DNA from: Snowella sp.
Lineage (GTDB): Bacteria > Cyanobacteriota > Cyanobacteriia > Cyanobacteriales > Microcystaceae
Assembly (NCBI GenBank): GCA_035285545.1
Contig: JAYKGY010000021.1
Coordinates: 12,127 to 76,126 of the forward strand
DNA: 64,000 nt
Direction: 5' to 3'
A model generated the notes under the pieces. That model ran no database searches. It saw only the letters and a program-made list of their open reading frames with translations, and had not been told where the DNA came from. Each line of letters begins with the position of its first letter. The stretch's first letter is position 1. The position numbers were made by a program, and so were the translations under genes. Shown piece after piece: positions 51,838-63,012 of the stretch.

Positions 51838-52235
51838 TAGGACTTACGCATTGTCAAAAAACACATAATAAATATGCAGTCATCAGGTTACAGGAGAAGG
51901 AGTATAGTACTCAAGAATAAATTGACGAATCACGGGGATAAATAACTGCCGTGAAACTGAATAAAGATTCGGAATTAAGCCATTTAATTGCAGATTCTGT
52001 AAAGGAAAAAAAGCTCGAAAAGAACACAAGAAATGGTTGCAAATTACTTGTGCAGTTCTCACGTAAAATCTTTCAATATTACAGATCTGCTTGATAGCTC
52101 GATGAAAAGTCTCAATTGTCTAGAGTTGGTCATAAAGTTGTTTCATTTGAGAACGGCTTAATCCTTCCAGTTCATCTAAATTCGGTAGATGGAAATTAAC
52201 GGGATAAGCCTTCCCTGAAATATCTGTATAGTAAA
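51838..52235 (-). mobile_element. IS701-family remnant: transposase C-terminus plus terminal sequence
   Basis: 52191-51883 translates HLPNLDEL...DQL*TIETFHRAIKQICNIERFYVR...NHFLCSFRAF...FIPVIRQFILE; end TAGGACTTACGCA at 51838-51850. Confidence 0.8.
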
Positions 52236-52248
52236 GCGTAATAGGAAG

Positions 52249-52935
52249 CTAAAAAAGATTATATTTTATAATACAATAAATCGCTCTGAAACCATCTTTC
52301 CACCCGATTTTTTTTCCTTCTTTATAGGTACGACCATAATAAGAAATTCCCACTTCAAAAATTCGACAGTCTAATTTTGCAATTTTTGCCGTAATCTCTG
52401 GTTCAAATCCAAAGCGATTTTCTTGAATAGAAATTCCTTGAATAATTTCACGCCGAAAAACTTTATAGCAGGTCTCCATATCGGTCAGGTTTAAATCGGT
52501 AAACATATTAGATAATGTGGTGAGAAACATATTACCTACACTATGCCAAAAATATAAAACGCGATGGGGTTGCCCTCCCATAAAACGAGAACCATAGACC
52601 ACATCTGCTTTATTGCGTAGAATCGGCTCTACTAGGTTGGGATATTCTTGGGGATCGTATTCTAAATCTGCATCTTGAATTAAAATAATATCGCCGGTTG
52701 CTGCTTGGATTCCTGTTCGGAGTGCCGCCCCTTTTCCCTGATTAACTTTATGAAAAAGAATCTGATGAACCAAGGGTTCTATTTCATGTAGAAGAACTTC
52801 TCGTGTCCCATCTTTAGAACAATCATCAACAATAATGATTTCTTTATTGTCGTAGGGAGCAGCCAAGACAGCATCAACGACTTGACGAATTGTAGATTTT
52901 TCGTTGTAAACAGGAATAATAACAGATAACTTCAA
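52249..52935 (-). CDS. Glycosyltransferase family 2 (DPM synthase-like)
   Basis: [39 protein letters not shown]. Confidence 0.92.
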   Translation of the reverse strand: MKLSVIIPVYNEKSTIRQVVDAVLAAPYDNKEIIIVDDCSKDGTREVLLHEIEPLVHQILFHKVNQGKGAALRTGIQAATGDIILIQDADLEYDPQEYPNLVEPILRNKADVVYGSRFMGGQPHRVLYFWHSVGNMFLTTLSNMFTDLNLTDMETCYKVFRREIIQGISIQENRFGFEPEITAKIAKLDCRIFEVGISYYGRTYKEGKKIGWKDGFRAIYCIIKYNLF

Positions 52936-53233
52936 TTTAAGCTTCCATTTAGATAATCTTACAGAGAATAACGCTAAGTTAAAAGCGTAATTAAAATTAT
53001 ACTCTACTGAAACACTGATTTGGTAAGTCTTCTTTTTTGTTCAATCTTTTGTATTTTGGTACGCTTGAATTCCTTTGATTTTTAAAATTTGTTGAGATCA
53101 AACTTGTCAGTTATTAGCGAACTTTCAAGTTGTATCGTGCTACTTAAAATTGGTCTTTCTGGGAGAGAAATAGTTCAGGGCAAAAATACTTGATGTTGTT
53201 TTGATTTAATTGCTATTCCTGCACTTAAATAAT

Positions 53234-55165
53234 CTAAAGGTTGAGAATATCTAAGGTTTCAACTTCATCTGCTAAACTAAAGCCAAAAATTCGAGAATAA
53301 AAATATAATTCTCCTTCTAAGGCTCGTTTAATGTTGGCAGCAATGCGAAAACCGTGTTGTTCTTCAGCAAAAGGAACATAGGCAACAGGCAGCCCTTTTT
53401 GTTTCAATGCTTCTACCATCCTTTCTGCTTGATTAGGCGGAACGACTTTATCTTCTAAGCCTTGGAAAAAGACCACAGGGCAGGCCAATTGCTCAGTAAA
53501 ATTAATCGGCGATCGCGCTTGATAGAGTTCGGCTTCTTCGGGGTATTTACCAATGAGTCGGTCTAAATAACGCGCTTCAAATTTGTGGGTATCGGTGGCT
53601 AAAGCCGTTAAATCACTCACCCCGTAATGGCTGGCTCCTGCTTTGAAGGTATTGCGAAACGTTAAAGCTGCTAGCGTAGTATAACCCCCTGCACTCCCCC
53701 CCGAAATTGCCAACTTATTAGGATCAGCTTTGCCCTGTTGTACCAAAAATTTCGCCCCGTTAACGCAATCATCCACATCCACAATGCCCCACTGATGATC
53801 TAAACGTTGCCGATACTCCCGACCGTACCCCGTACTACCGCCATAGTTAACATCTAAATAAGCAAACCCCCGACTTGTCCAATATTGAATTTTTAAACTG
53901 AGGGAATTAGCAGCCGCCGCCGTTGGCCCACCGTGACTTTTGACTAATAATGGCGGTAAATCTCCATCAGGTGCTTGATAGTCTGGATTAGTGGGCGGAT
54001 AGTACCAGGCATGGGCAATTAAACCGTTTTCAGTGGGAAAGCTAATGGTTTTAGGAATAGATAGGTAACTGGGATCAATCGCTAATTCACTTGATCGCTT
54101 TAAAACCGTCCATTGTTTAGTTTGTAAATCTAAGGAAACAACGGCTGATGATTCGGTGGGAGAACTGCCGATAAAGAGGGCAATTTCACCATTACTTTGT
54201 AGGGAAGCAATATTGCTATAGGGCGTTTCAATGGGGGTAAATTCTTTGGTTTTTAGGTTAATTTCGGCTAAATACCAACGACCGTTTTGGGTATAGGTAC
54301 AAATTAAATTCTCCGCATTGGTAAAGGTATAGGTGGACAGCCCAAACACCCAATGGGGATAGGCAAATTCCGCATCCATTAAATACAAGGGTTCAATGTT
54401 TCCCTGCCCATAGCGATAGAGATTCCACCAATTACTGCGATCGCTGGAAAAATACAAAACTCCATCAGGCGACCATTTTGGCTCATTAATCGATTCAATT
54501 TCGGATTGACCTGCAATACAGTGAATATTGCTTAATTCTCCTGTTTCGGTGACATCGGCTAACCATAATTGGGTGCTATCCCAGGGTAAATTAGGATGTT
54601 CCCAGGTAATCCAAGCCAGTTGTTTGCGATCGGGACTTAAACGGGGCGAGGAATAAAAATCACTGCCTGAAACTAGGGGATTAATTTCACCTGTTTTTAA
54701 GTTAATAGTAACTAATAAATTTTCAGGTTCATGGTTATTCTGGCTATGGTCTTCACAAACTGCAATGAGGCGATTTCGAGATGAATCTAAAATAAAATCA
54801 GCAAAGCGTTTTTGACTGTCTGAGGTTAATTTTTGGGGTTCACTATTTAAGGCTTGAATATAAATTTGTTGATCAGCAAAATTTACAAAATAAATGGTTT
54901 GATTAACGATTAAAAAAGAGCCGCCACCGTATTCATGGACACGGGTTCTGACATTCAAAGGTGCTAGGGTAATATCGGTTACTGTACCTTGACTATCCCG
55001 TTTGACTAGAACATTTCGCCCTTTCTCTGCTGGTCTGCCTTCTAACCAATACAGAGTATCCCCATCAATGGCAACAACTCCTAATCCGATACTTCCTGCG
55101 AGAATTGCGTCTGCGGTAATAGGAGATTTCCACGATCCAAAAGGTGCGATTTGAATATTAGTCAT
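53234..55165 (-). CDS. S9 family peptidase (acylaminoacyl/dipeptidyl peptidase-like)
   Basis: APFGSWKSPI, HGGPT, GGSAGG nucleophile, EDKVVP, EQHGF. Confidence 0.92.
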   Translation of the reverse strand: MTNIQIAPFGSWKSPITADAILAGSIGLGVVAIDGDTLYWLEGRPAEKGRNVLVKRDSQGTVTDITLAPLNVRTRVHEYGGGSFLIVNQTIYFVNFADQQIYIQALNSEPQKLTSDSQKRFADFILDSSRNRLIAVCEDHSQNNHEPENLLVTINLKTGEINPLVSGSDFYSSPRLSPDRKQLAWITWEHPNLPWDSTQLWLADVTETGELSNIHCIAGQSEIESINEPKWSPDGVLYFSSDRSNWWNLYRYGQGNIEPLYLMDAEFAYPHWVFGLSTYTFTNAENLICTYTQNGRWYLAEINLKTKEFTPIETPYSNIASLQSNGEIALFIGSSPTESSAVVSLDLQTKQWTVLKRSSELAIDPSYLSIPKTISFPTENGLIAHAWYYPPTNPDYQAPDGDLPPLLVKSHGGPTAAAANSLSLKIQYWTSRGFAYLDVNYGGSTGYGREYRQRLDHQWGIVDVDDCVNGAKFLVQQGKADPNKLAISGGSAGGYTTLAALTFRNTFKAGASHYGVSDLTALATDTHKFEARYLDRLIGKYPEEAELYQARSPINFTEQLACPVVFFQGLEDKVVPPNQAERMVEALKQKGLPVAYVPFAEEQHGFRIAANIKRALEGELYFYSRIFGFSLADEVETLDILNL

Positions 55166-55224
55166 AAATATTTTTTAGTAAAAATTAATTTAAGATTTTT
55201 TTGTTTATTATTTATTAATATTAA

Positions 55225-55734
55225 TTAATCCGTTCCGCCCCATGTCCAAGTAGGATTTCCTTGGGTTACGCTGCTTTTTAAAATGGTTGAAGTGTAGTTA
55301 TTCGCATCTCGTAAACCCGTCATATCCAGTATCAAAAATACTTTACCGGAAATCAACCGAGCGCGTAAATAGGAATGAGAGTCAAATGCTTCTTTGTCAA
55401 TTTTGGTCATTCCTGCACTTGCCTGACATTTTTGAAATTCGGGTTTTAAGGTTCCTACCCAGGTCACACTGAAAGGATCACTACTGTGTTTTTTCCAATT
55501 GGTCGCGATCGCGCTTAAATTAGCCTGACCGTTGTGAGTATAACCCCCTTCATGGTATTTCCCTGTTTCTTGAATCACTAAGGTTTTAGGGCATTTGGCA
55601 CTAGTCGGACTATCTAACAAGGGATAAACCGTGAGAGACAACGATTCTGCCTGACTGGGTAATCCCCACAAGGTTAAACCACTAGAAATTAATAGGGCTT
55701 TTTGCCAAAAAGCGAGAAAAGACTGGTTCATCAC
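55225..55734 (-). CDS. Hypothetical secreted protein
   Basis: Signal-peptide-like N-terminus (..LPSQA), two Cys, C-terminal WTWGGTD. Confidence 0.7.
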   Translation of the reverse strand: MMNQSFLAFWQKALLISSGLTLWGLPSQAESLSLTVYPLLDSPTSAKCPKTLVIQETGKYHEGGYTHNGQANLSAIATNWKKHSSDPFSVTWVGTLKPEFQKCQASAGMTKIDKEAFDSHSYLRARLISGKVFLILDMTGLRDANNYTSTILKSSVTQGNPTWTWGGTD

Positions 55735-55843
55735 TTATCATTCCATTGCTCTGCTTGCTTCATTTTACCCTAGATAAAAGGGACATCAGCGATCGCGAAG
55801 ATACGGCTAACATCCCTACCATACGTTAACGTTTAATTTTCCG

Positions 55844-56074
55844 TTACGCGCTGAGATAAACCTTGTATTCATCCTCACTAACATCTTCCTTTCCTACAAC
55901 AGTGGCATTAATTGAATTCCCTTGCTGAGGCACAAAAATCATAATTTCATCATTAATATCAAAGGGATCTTGTTGAACCGCTTCTTCCCATTTTAGAAAT
56001 TGTCCATTCAAGAAATAGCTAATAATATAGAAACGGGGATCAGCATTATCTAAAATCATGGTGTTACCCTCCAT
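55844..56074 (-). CDS. Small acidic hypothetical protein
   Basis: 76 aa, or 71 aa from ATG 56059 which has a GGAGG RBS; protein-like composition. Confidence 0.55.
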   Translation of the reverse strand: MEGNTMILDNADPRFYIISYFLNGQFLKWEEAVQQDPFDINDEIMIFVPQQGNSINATVVGKEDVSEDEYKVYLSA

Positions 56075-56226
56075 AGGTTTTTATTAATAGTCATGGGAAA
56101 TGGGTTAAACATTGATTAAAATGCTCAACAGATTAACCTAACACCCAAAATTGTGTATAAGATTTATTGAGAAAAGTTATTAGCTCTCAAAAAAAGAACA
56201 CTTAAAATAAAGCAAAAACAACTGAT

Positions 56227-56454
56227 TTAATCTACTTCCCATTCTTCAGAACTCAGTAAATCAATGACATAATCCCGTAGGAGAAAACCATGTTTTTCTA
56301 GCTCAATTTCAACACATTTCCATTGATTGCAGGGCAAGAATTCACAAAGACTATAAAGGTGGTGTTGACGGCTCAGCTTCCCTTGATAGACGAGTTCTTT
56401 GGCCTCTTCTTTAAGGTCATGAATTGAATAGCGAGGAATGATCAGCATTAACAT
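56227..56454 (-). CDS. DUF4327-family protein
   Basis: YSIHDLKEEAKELV..G.LSRQ..LY.LC...W..VE.ELE...FLLRD...DL...EEW. Confidence 0.8.
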   Translation of the reverse strand: MLMLIIPRYSIHDLKEEAKELVYQGKLSRQHHLYSLCEFLPCNQWKCVEIELEKHGFLLRDYVIDLLSSEEWEVD

Positions 56455-56839
56455 ATCGATCTCACATCTAGAAACAGTCTTAGGCGTGATTAGTAGTGAC
56501 TGATTGATTTAATTCTATTTTCTCTCTTTCGATGTCAATCTGCCATAGGTTTTATTATTTTTCCTCCTAAATTAATATTTAGCAACAATTACACTTGAGC
56601 TTGCTTCTTACTTGTGGAAAAAGGAATCAAACTTCGGTGTTTTTACTTAACTTCATTCTCTCTCTCTTGGCAAATTTTCGCCACAAATTCTGATGTTTTT
56701 ATCCCAAAAGTAATATTTCTACATAATTAAATTTGAGCTTATCTGAAAGGGGTTAACAGCCTCTTAGTAAGCCTCGGCTCCATCAGACTAAGCCTTAAAA
56801 TCAGCCCATTAATAGATGATTTAAGTAACAATTTAGACC

Positions 56840-57853
56840 TTAAAGAGAAGTAAATTTTTTGAGAGAAGAACGCGGGTCAAAACTACGATTTTCTTGAATT
56901 TTTTGGTAATATTCCCGTTCAATTTGGCTGAGTTCTTTGGGGACTTCAATCATTAACTTAACCAGTTGATCGCCTCGCCCTTGTTTGGGGACAATCCAGC
57001 CTTTACCCCGTAAGCGGAGAGATTGACCTGAACGGACACCCGCAGGCACTTTCATGGTGACTAAACCATCGGGAGTCGGGACTTCAATCGACGCTCCCAG
57101 AACAGCTTCATCCGGCGTGATGGGGACTTCACAAACCAGATTATCGCCATCAAATTGGAAAAAAGGATGGTTTTCCAGTTCGATATTGAGGTAAAGATCC
57201 CCTGGTTGTTGGGTGTAGGGATCGAGATTTCCTTTGCCTTTTAAACGGACACGGCTACCGTTTTTTGCCCCTGCCGGAATGCGGACATCTAGGACTTCAT
57301 TACCCAGATTGAGACGTTTTTGCACCCCATGAAAGGCTTCAGAAAAGGTTAACCGTAAATTGGCTTCGCGATCGCCGCTTGGAGTTTGGGCCCGGCTTCT
57401 ACCGCCCATGTCTGCCCCAAAGCCACCAAAATCCGTATAACCAGGTCTAGTTCCGGTGGTGGTTCGATAGGTATAGGCGCGATCGCTGGTGGCCCCTGAA
57501 CTGGTAAAACGACCTAATAACTCATTAATAAACTCATCAAAATTTCCGTATTGGCTAAAATCAAAGCCGCCAAAATCCACATTGACATTTCCCCCTTGGG
57601 GCCAACCTGATTGACCCGCCTGTTGCCAATATTGACCGAATTGATCATATTTTTTCCGTTTTTCTGGATCGGACAAGACCTCATAGGCCTCACTGATTTC
57701 CTTAAAGCGATCTTCGGCTGCCTTATCCCCTGGATTGCGATCGGGATGATACTTCAGCGCAAGCTTACGGAACACTTTCTTGATCTCGTCCTCCGATGCC
57801 GTTTTACTCACGCCTAAAATGCCGTAATAGTCTTTAAAATCAGTAGAAGCCAT
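56840..57853 (-). CDS. DnaJ-class chaperone lacking the zinc finger (CbpA-like)
   Basis: J domain with HPD, G/F region, DnaJ C-terminal LRLRGKG. Confidence 0.92.
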   Translation of the reverse strand: MASTDFKDYYGILGVSKTASEDEIKKVFRKLALKYHPDRNPGDKAAEDRFKEISEAYEVLSDPEKRKKYDQFGQYWQQAGQSGWPQGGNVNVDFGGFDFSQYGNFDEFINELLGRFTSSGATSDRAYTYRTTTGTRPGYTDFGGFGADMGGRSRAQTPSGDREANLRLTFSEAFHGVQKRLNLGNEVLDVRIPAGAKNGSRVRLKGKGNLDPYTQQPGDLYLNIELENHPFFQFDGDNLVCEVPITPDEAVLGASIEVPTPDGLVTMKVPAGVRSGQSLRLRGKGWIVPKQGRGDQLVKLMIEVPKELSQIEREYYQKIQENRSFDPRSSLKKFTSL

Positions 57854-58030
57854 TATGACCGATATCTCCTTGAGTGCTACTCAGCATAAAAATCTGGAAG
57901 CGTTACCTCCCCATACTTAGTTTACGCGGAATCCCCATCGAACATAGGGGCTGTCTAGGTGGGAAATACCGTCATTGCCCATCTTTCCGACAAGAGAAGG
58001 AAATTAGGGCTGACTCCCTCAGATTCTAGC

Positions 58031-61003
58031 TTATTGATCTGCACCTTCAATGGGAGCAAAACCTTGACGCTGGATGTTCTCCGTTACATGACGGGGTTCT
58101 AGGAACTGTAATAAGTAATCAGGCCCGCCTGCTTTGGAGCCAACACCCGATAACTTAAAGCCACCAAAGGGTTGACGAGAAACGATCGCGCCCGTAATGG
58201 TTCGATTGATATAGAGATTACCCACCTCAAATTCCTTAGAAGCTCGGTCAATATGCTCAGGAGTCCGAGAGAATAGGCCACCCGTTAACGCATAATCCGT
58301 TCCATTGGCGATCGCTAAGGCTTCATCAAAATCAGCTGCCCGAATCACTGCTACCACAGGGCCAAAAATTTCCTCTTGGGCAATGATGGCATTAGACGAA
58401 ACGTTTTTGAAAATAGTGGGCCCGACAAAATAGCCGTCTAAGTTCACTTCTCGCTCTAGGGCAATTTCCGACTCTAACTTGCCTTTTTCGATATATTCCT
58501 TGATTCGTTGCTGAGCCGTCGCATCGATCACAGGGCCAACTTGGACACTTGGATCATCCGTTGGGCCAACATTCAGAGAGCGAGTTGCTTCTACAAACCG
58601 TTCTACAAAAGCATCATAGACAGGATCGAGGACAACTACACGGGAACAGGCTGAGCATTTTTGCCCCGTATAACCAAAAGCCGAATAAACCGTACTTGCT
58701 ACCGCTTGATCCAAGTCTGCACTTTCATCCACGATGATGGCATTTTTACCGCCCATCTCTGCAATCACTCGTTTTAAATGCTTTTGTCCAGGTTGCAAAA
58801 TGGCCGCATCCGCATAAATCCGACAGCCGACTTCCCGCGATCCCGTAAAAGCAATGAGATGCACATCGGGATGGTTGACCATGTAGGCTCCCACGCTAGA
58901 ACCTTTGCCTGGCACGAATTGGAAAACACCTTGGGGAATGCCTGCTTCTACCAAAATTTCGGCAATTTTAGCGGCAATAACCGTGGATGTTTCGGCGGGT
59001 TTCAACAATGTGCAGTTTCCTGTTACCAAAGCTGCAACCGTCATTCCCACCGCGATCGCGAAAGGAAAATTCCAAGGCGAAATGACTAATGCCAAACCGC
59101 GAGGCTGATAGAGATAACGATTGGTTTCTCCTGCAATGTCGTAGATGTAGCCTTGATCCAACCGTTCCATTTCGTCTGCGTAGTAACGGCAAAAATCAAT
59201 CGCTTCGGAGACTTCCGCATCAGCTTGGGGAATAATCTTACCGACTTCCAAACAAATCCACGCATTCAGTTCATGGCGACGATTTTCCATAATCTCTGCC
59301 GCTTTTCGTAGAATACCCGCCCGTTCTCTTACAGGAGTCTTTTTCCAAGCAGGAAACGCATTTTTAGCCGCTTCTAGAGCCTGTTCCGCTTGATCAACGG
59401 AAATTAAACCGACTTTACCGACTAACTCACTGGGGCGCGAAGGATTGACCGAATCAATGACAATTTCTGTATGAACGTATTCCCCATTAATTAAGGGTAA
59501 ATAGGTTTTCCCTAAGGCATCTTTAACTTTGGCTAATCCTTGTATGGCCTGATCCCGTAAGGTTGCATTGGCATAATCCGTGTCGGGGGCGTTGGGATAG
59601 CCTTTGGTGGGTAAACTGTCTTGACCTAAAACTTTAGGCGCAGCAATTAAATCCTCAATGGAAACTCCTTCTAAATTTTTCCGTAAAAAGGAACTATTGG
59701 CCGTATTTTCTAATAAACGACGAATCAAGTAGGACATTCCTGGTAATAGCTTCCCATAGGGGGCATAAACCCGCACCCGATGACCCCGTTTCACCAAGGC
59801 TTTGGCTAATTGATCCCCCATGCCGTACAACACTTGCATTTCAAAGCGGCGTTTGGGAATTTGTAAGGTTTCGGCGATCGCGCAGGCTAGGGCTTGGGAA
59901 CGGACATTATGGCTACCAATGGCCGCATAAAGATATTCATGATTTTCCAATAATAAACGGGTCATGCGCTCGTAGTTGGCATCGGTTGCAGACTTTTCGA
60001 GATAAACAGGAATTTTCCAGTGGTTTTGTTGGGCTTTAATGGTTTCTTGATCCCAATAGGCTCCTTTGACCAAGCGCACTGTGACGGGATAACCGCGATG
60101 TTTGGCCCAATCAATCAAATTTTTGAGATCCTGCTCCGAATCCCGCAAATAAGCTTGTAGGGTAATGCCAATGTCGGTACGAGGGCGAAATTCTTCTTCT
60201 ACCAGTAAATCCTTGAGAATATTCAGGATTAAATCTTTGTAGGCGTACTGTTCCATGTCGAAGTGAACGGCAACCCCTAATTCCTTGGCTCGACGCAATA
60301 GGGCCCGAATGCGATCGCAGACTTTCCCCCGACTGCCTTCTGGATCAAAGGGATCAAATTGGGAATAAAAGGCGGTTAATTTAACGGAAACTTGAACTTT
60401 CGGGATTCTTTCTCCATCGGCTTCATCAATTTGGGTAACGGTCTGCCATTTAGCCGATTCTTGGGACAATTGCTCCATTAATTCGAGGTAACTCTTCCAA
60501 TAGCCCTCTGCCTCGGTTTCCGTAATGACGGCTTCCCCTAATAGGTCAATGGTAAAACCCATTTTTTCTTTGCGTAACCGTTCAACCGCTTTAATGACCT
60601 GGGGAATGGTTTCTCCTGAAATATATTTAAAGGCTAGGGTTTCGGTAGCTTTACTAATGGTGGCGGCGGCAATTTGGGCAGGGGGAGAGGTCGGATCGGT
60701 GAAATTTAAAATTCCTTTGAGGGTGCTGGGCAGTTCAACGCTGGCATCTCCTAAATATTGCTGTAAATGGTTGGCAATTTCCGTATTACTCCGTAGCGAG
60801 GGTAAACAGTCAATAAACCGAAATAATTGCATCCGTAGCCCAGGGCTTCCCATTGCCCAGTCCAGCAATTTATCATCTAATCTCACGGAATCACTAATCT
60901 TGTCCCACAGCGATCGCTTTTCACGGGTTTGGGCTAAAAGCTCTTTCGCGATTTCTTGAGTTTTAGGTTCATAATTTTGTTGAGAATTGACTTGTGCAAC
61001 CAC
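58031..61003 (-). CDS. putA: Bifunctional proline dehydrogenase / P5C dehydrogenase
   Basis: RLVKGAYWD, RRLLENTAN, FTGS, EMGGKN, GQKCSACSR, EEIFGP. Confidence 0.96.
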   Translation of the reverse strand: MVAQVNSQQNYEPKTQEIAKELLAQTREKRSLWDKISDSVRLDDKLLDWAMGSPGLRMQLFRFIDCLPSLRSNTEIANHLQQYLGDASVELPSTLKGILNFTDPTSPPAQIAAATISKATETLAFKYISGETIPQVIKAVERLRKEKMGFTIDLLGEAVITETEAEGYWKSYLELMEQLSQESAKWQTVTQIDEADGERIPKVQVSVKLTAFYSQFDPFDPEGSRGKVCDRIRALLRRAKELGVAVHFDMEQYAYKDLILNILKDLLVEEEFRPRTDIGITLQAYLRDSEQDLKNLIDWAKHRGYPVTVRLVKGAYWDQETIKAQQNHWKIPVYLEKSATDANYERMTRLLLENHEYLYAAIGSHNVRSQALACAIAETLQIPKRRFEMQVLYGMGDQLAKALVKRGHRVRVYAPYGKLLPGMSYLIRRLLENTANSSFLRKNLEGVSIEDLIAAPKVLGQDSLPTKGYPNAPDTDYANATLRDQAIQGLAKVKDALGKTYLPLINGEYVHTEIVIDSVNPSRPSELVGKVGLISVDQAEQALEAAKNAFPAWKKTPVRERAGILRKAAEIMENRRHELNAWICLEVGKIIPQADAEVSEAIDFCRYYADEMERLDQGYIYDIAGETNRYLYQPRGLALVISPWNFPFAIAVGMTVAALVTGNCTLLKPAETSTVIAAKIAEILVEAGIPQGVFQFVPGKGSSVGAYMVNHPDVHLIAFTGSREVGCRIYADAAILQPGQKHLKRVIAEMGGKNAIIVDESADLDQAVASTVYSAFGYTGQKCSACSRVVVLDPVYDAFVERFVEATRSLNVGPTDDPSVQVGPVIDATAQQRIKEYIEKGKLESEIALEREVNLDGYFVGPTIFKNVSSNAIIAQEEIFGPVVAVIRAADFDEALAIANGTDYALTGGLFSRTPEHIDRASKEFEVGNLYINRTITGAIVSRQPFGGFKLSGVGSKAGGPDYLLQFLEPRHVTENIQRQGFAPIEGADQ

Positions 61004-61198
61004 TATCTTTTCGCTCCGATTGATTCTTTACGCATAGATGCCCAAACATATTATCTTAGCGTAATTCCATGAAAAGCGGTCACAGTAAGACTTTTTTCGA
61101 TTTCATCATAATATTATGCGCTTATTGATTAAACGCAAGCTGTGATCATTCGTCGGAACCGCTAGGCAGTCATCTTTTAAAACTTAGCCACTCGATTG

Positions 61199-61876
61199 TT
61201 ACAATCCGCCAATTTTCACCAATCCATAAAAACAGGTAATTAACCAAATACTGCCAGTTAACCAGCCACTCAGAACATCCGTTGGCCAATGAACGCCTAA
61301 ATACACTCGACTCAATCCAACCCAAAGGGAAATAGCCAGGGCGATCGCGACCGTAACGGAAAGGGGAACGGCGACAAAATAACTGGTATAAAAAGCTAAT
61401 AAGCCATAAAAAGAAATGGCACTCATCGAATGACCACTGGGATAACTGAAATCCATGGGGCGATCAGGAGAGGCCCAGAGATTGGGACGTTGACGACGAA
61501 AAAATGCCTTAAAAATGCCGTTGAGTAACCAGGAGCCACCTAACGCGATCGCCAGAATTAGGACGGCTGCCGTTGCGTGCCAATATAGGAGAAAACCCCC
61601 GATCATGATAAACAGCGGAATCGTAACCTGTCCTTGCGCCAAAAAGCTGCCAATTACCATTAAACTTGTCCAGAGCGGATTAGTATGCTCATTAAAAAAT
61701 AACAAAATAGACTTTTCTACCGGCAATAACCACTTCCAGAACAAATAACGAGCCAAAAAGACCCCAATGGCCAGCACAATCGAGCTAATAACCAGTCCAC
61801 CGATAAAGTAAGGGATAAAGCGGAAAAAAGATTGTATTAACCAGTCAAAACGAAGAGAAACCTCATCCATTACCAC
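61199..61876 (-). CDS. PAP2-family phosphatase
   Basis: KAFFRRQRP, SYPSGH, SRVYLGVHWPTD. Confidence 0.92.
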   Translation of the reverse strand: MVMDEVSLRFDWLIQSFFRFIPYFIGGLVISSIVLAIGVFLARYLFWKWLLPVEKSILLFFNEHTNPLWTSLMVIGSFLAQGQVTIPLFIMIGGFLLYWHATAAVLILAIALGGSWLLNGIFKAFFRRQRPNLWASPDRPMDFSYPSGHSMSAISFYGLLAFYTSYFVAVPLSVTVAIALAISLWVGLSRVYLGVHWPTDVLSGWLTGSIWLITCFYGLVKIGGL

Positions 61877-61993
61877 GGTTTAAAAATCTCCTGCTCAACG
61901 ACATTACTACCAATTTAGTGAAGGCTCCAGGAATTAGGAATTGCCTTTTGGAAGAATTGTTAACGTGGATTGAGAATGTAGAACGGATTCAGG

Positions 61994-62190
61994 ATCGATA
62001 ACAAATCCATCCCGCTTCCATGCAACCCCTTTAAGCATGAATACGAATTGCCCCAATGCCCTATCTCAGGGATGCTTAGGCAAAATTTCTCTACCCCATG
62101 AGCGAAAATCAACATCTTCAATAAATAGTGATTGCGCTTGGTCATAGAGGTAATGAGCCAAATTAAGACGTATCCGCAGGGGTGTTGGCA
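61994..62190 (-). pseudogene. TnpB (IS200/IS605 family) relic, RuvC-II region
   Basis: 62164-61994 translates NLAHYLYDQAQSLFIEDVDFRSWGREILPKHP*DRALGQFVFMLKGVAWKRDG; ANT.. lies upstream in another frame. Confidence 0.75.
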
Positions 62191-62205
62191 AGATTCATCT
62201 CACCG

Positions 62206-62949
62206 TTAAGCCTTCGGTTCTAAACGGGAGTCCTCTTTTGCCTTTTGAGATAGGGCTAATCTTCTCGCTAATCTTAATTGCTGTAATTTGAGCATCGTAA
62301 TACAAGTGGTTAGCCAGATAATGCTAATACCATAGCCAGCTAAGACATCACTGGGCCAATGAACGCCTAAATATAAACGGCTCAACCCAATCGTAGTAAT
62401 AAATAGTGTCGTTAAACTATAAATCGTTAGTCTCAATTGAGGATATTTTTGCGCTAATAGATAGGCAAGGAATCCATAGAAGAATAAGGAGCCTAGCGCG
62501 TGGCCACTGGGAAAGCTAAAGGAGGTTTCTGTAATTAATTGTTTCCATAGGGCGGGACGCGATCGCTCAAACATGAGCTTTAAACCTAAATTTAAAATAG
62601 TGGCTCCTAAACAACCGATCACAAAAATTTTCGCTTCTAATTGGTTATTTTTCCACCACAATAATCCTAAACTTAAGATAGCAATCGGAATCATCACTTC
62701 TGGATTTCCGAATCGCGTGATGAATAGCATGAATTGATCCAGACCAGAATTTTCATAGGGATAAATTGTCAATAAAAAAGATTGGTCAAAATTAAACGTT
62801 TCGCGCTTCAAGACCCCTTTAACTAGCCAAAATAAGAAAATAAAAGCCAAAAAACAACTGATTAAACCCAGCGTTCCAACGATTGTGATCAGGGTATTTA
62901 ATCGAGGATTAATATGCTTTAGCCAAAAATCGAGAAGTTTTCGCAGCAT
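62206..62949 (-). CDS. PAP2-family phosphatase
   Basis: KLMFERSRP, SFPSGH, SRLYLGVHWPSD. Confidence 0.92.
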   Translation of the reverse strand: MLRKLLDFWLKHINPRLNTLITIVGTLGLISCFLAFIFLFWLVKGVLKRETFNFDQSFLLTIYPYENSGLDQFMLFITRFGNPEVMIPIAILSLGLLWWKNNQLEAKIFVIGCLGATILNLGLKLMFERSRPALWKQLITETSFSFPSGHALGSLFFYGFLAYLLAQKYPQLRLTIYSLTTLFITTIGLSRLYLGVHWPSDVLAGYGISIIWLTTCITMLKLQQLRLARRLALSQKAKEDSRLEPKA

Positions 62950-63012
62950 AGGCTATTGATTTCAAGAAGGGAGCAGAGCAATTCTGTAGCGACAGAAAAT
63001 CAATCTTAACTT

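Noticed and set aside
57955..57975. K-box/Rre1-like motif upstream of the dnaJ-type gene
   Set aside because: Several mismatches to GTTCGG-N4-CCNNAC; not supportable
60525..60959. 144-aa plus-strand ORF and the other short ORFs nested in long genes
   Set aside because: Antisense or alternate-frame shadows of well-supported genes such as putA
61960..62145. 61-aa ORF between the PAP2 genes
   Set aside because: Alternate frame of the TnpB relic
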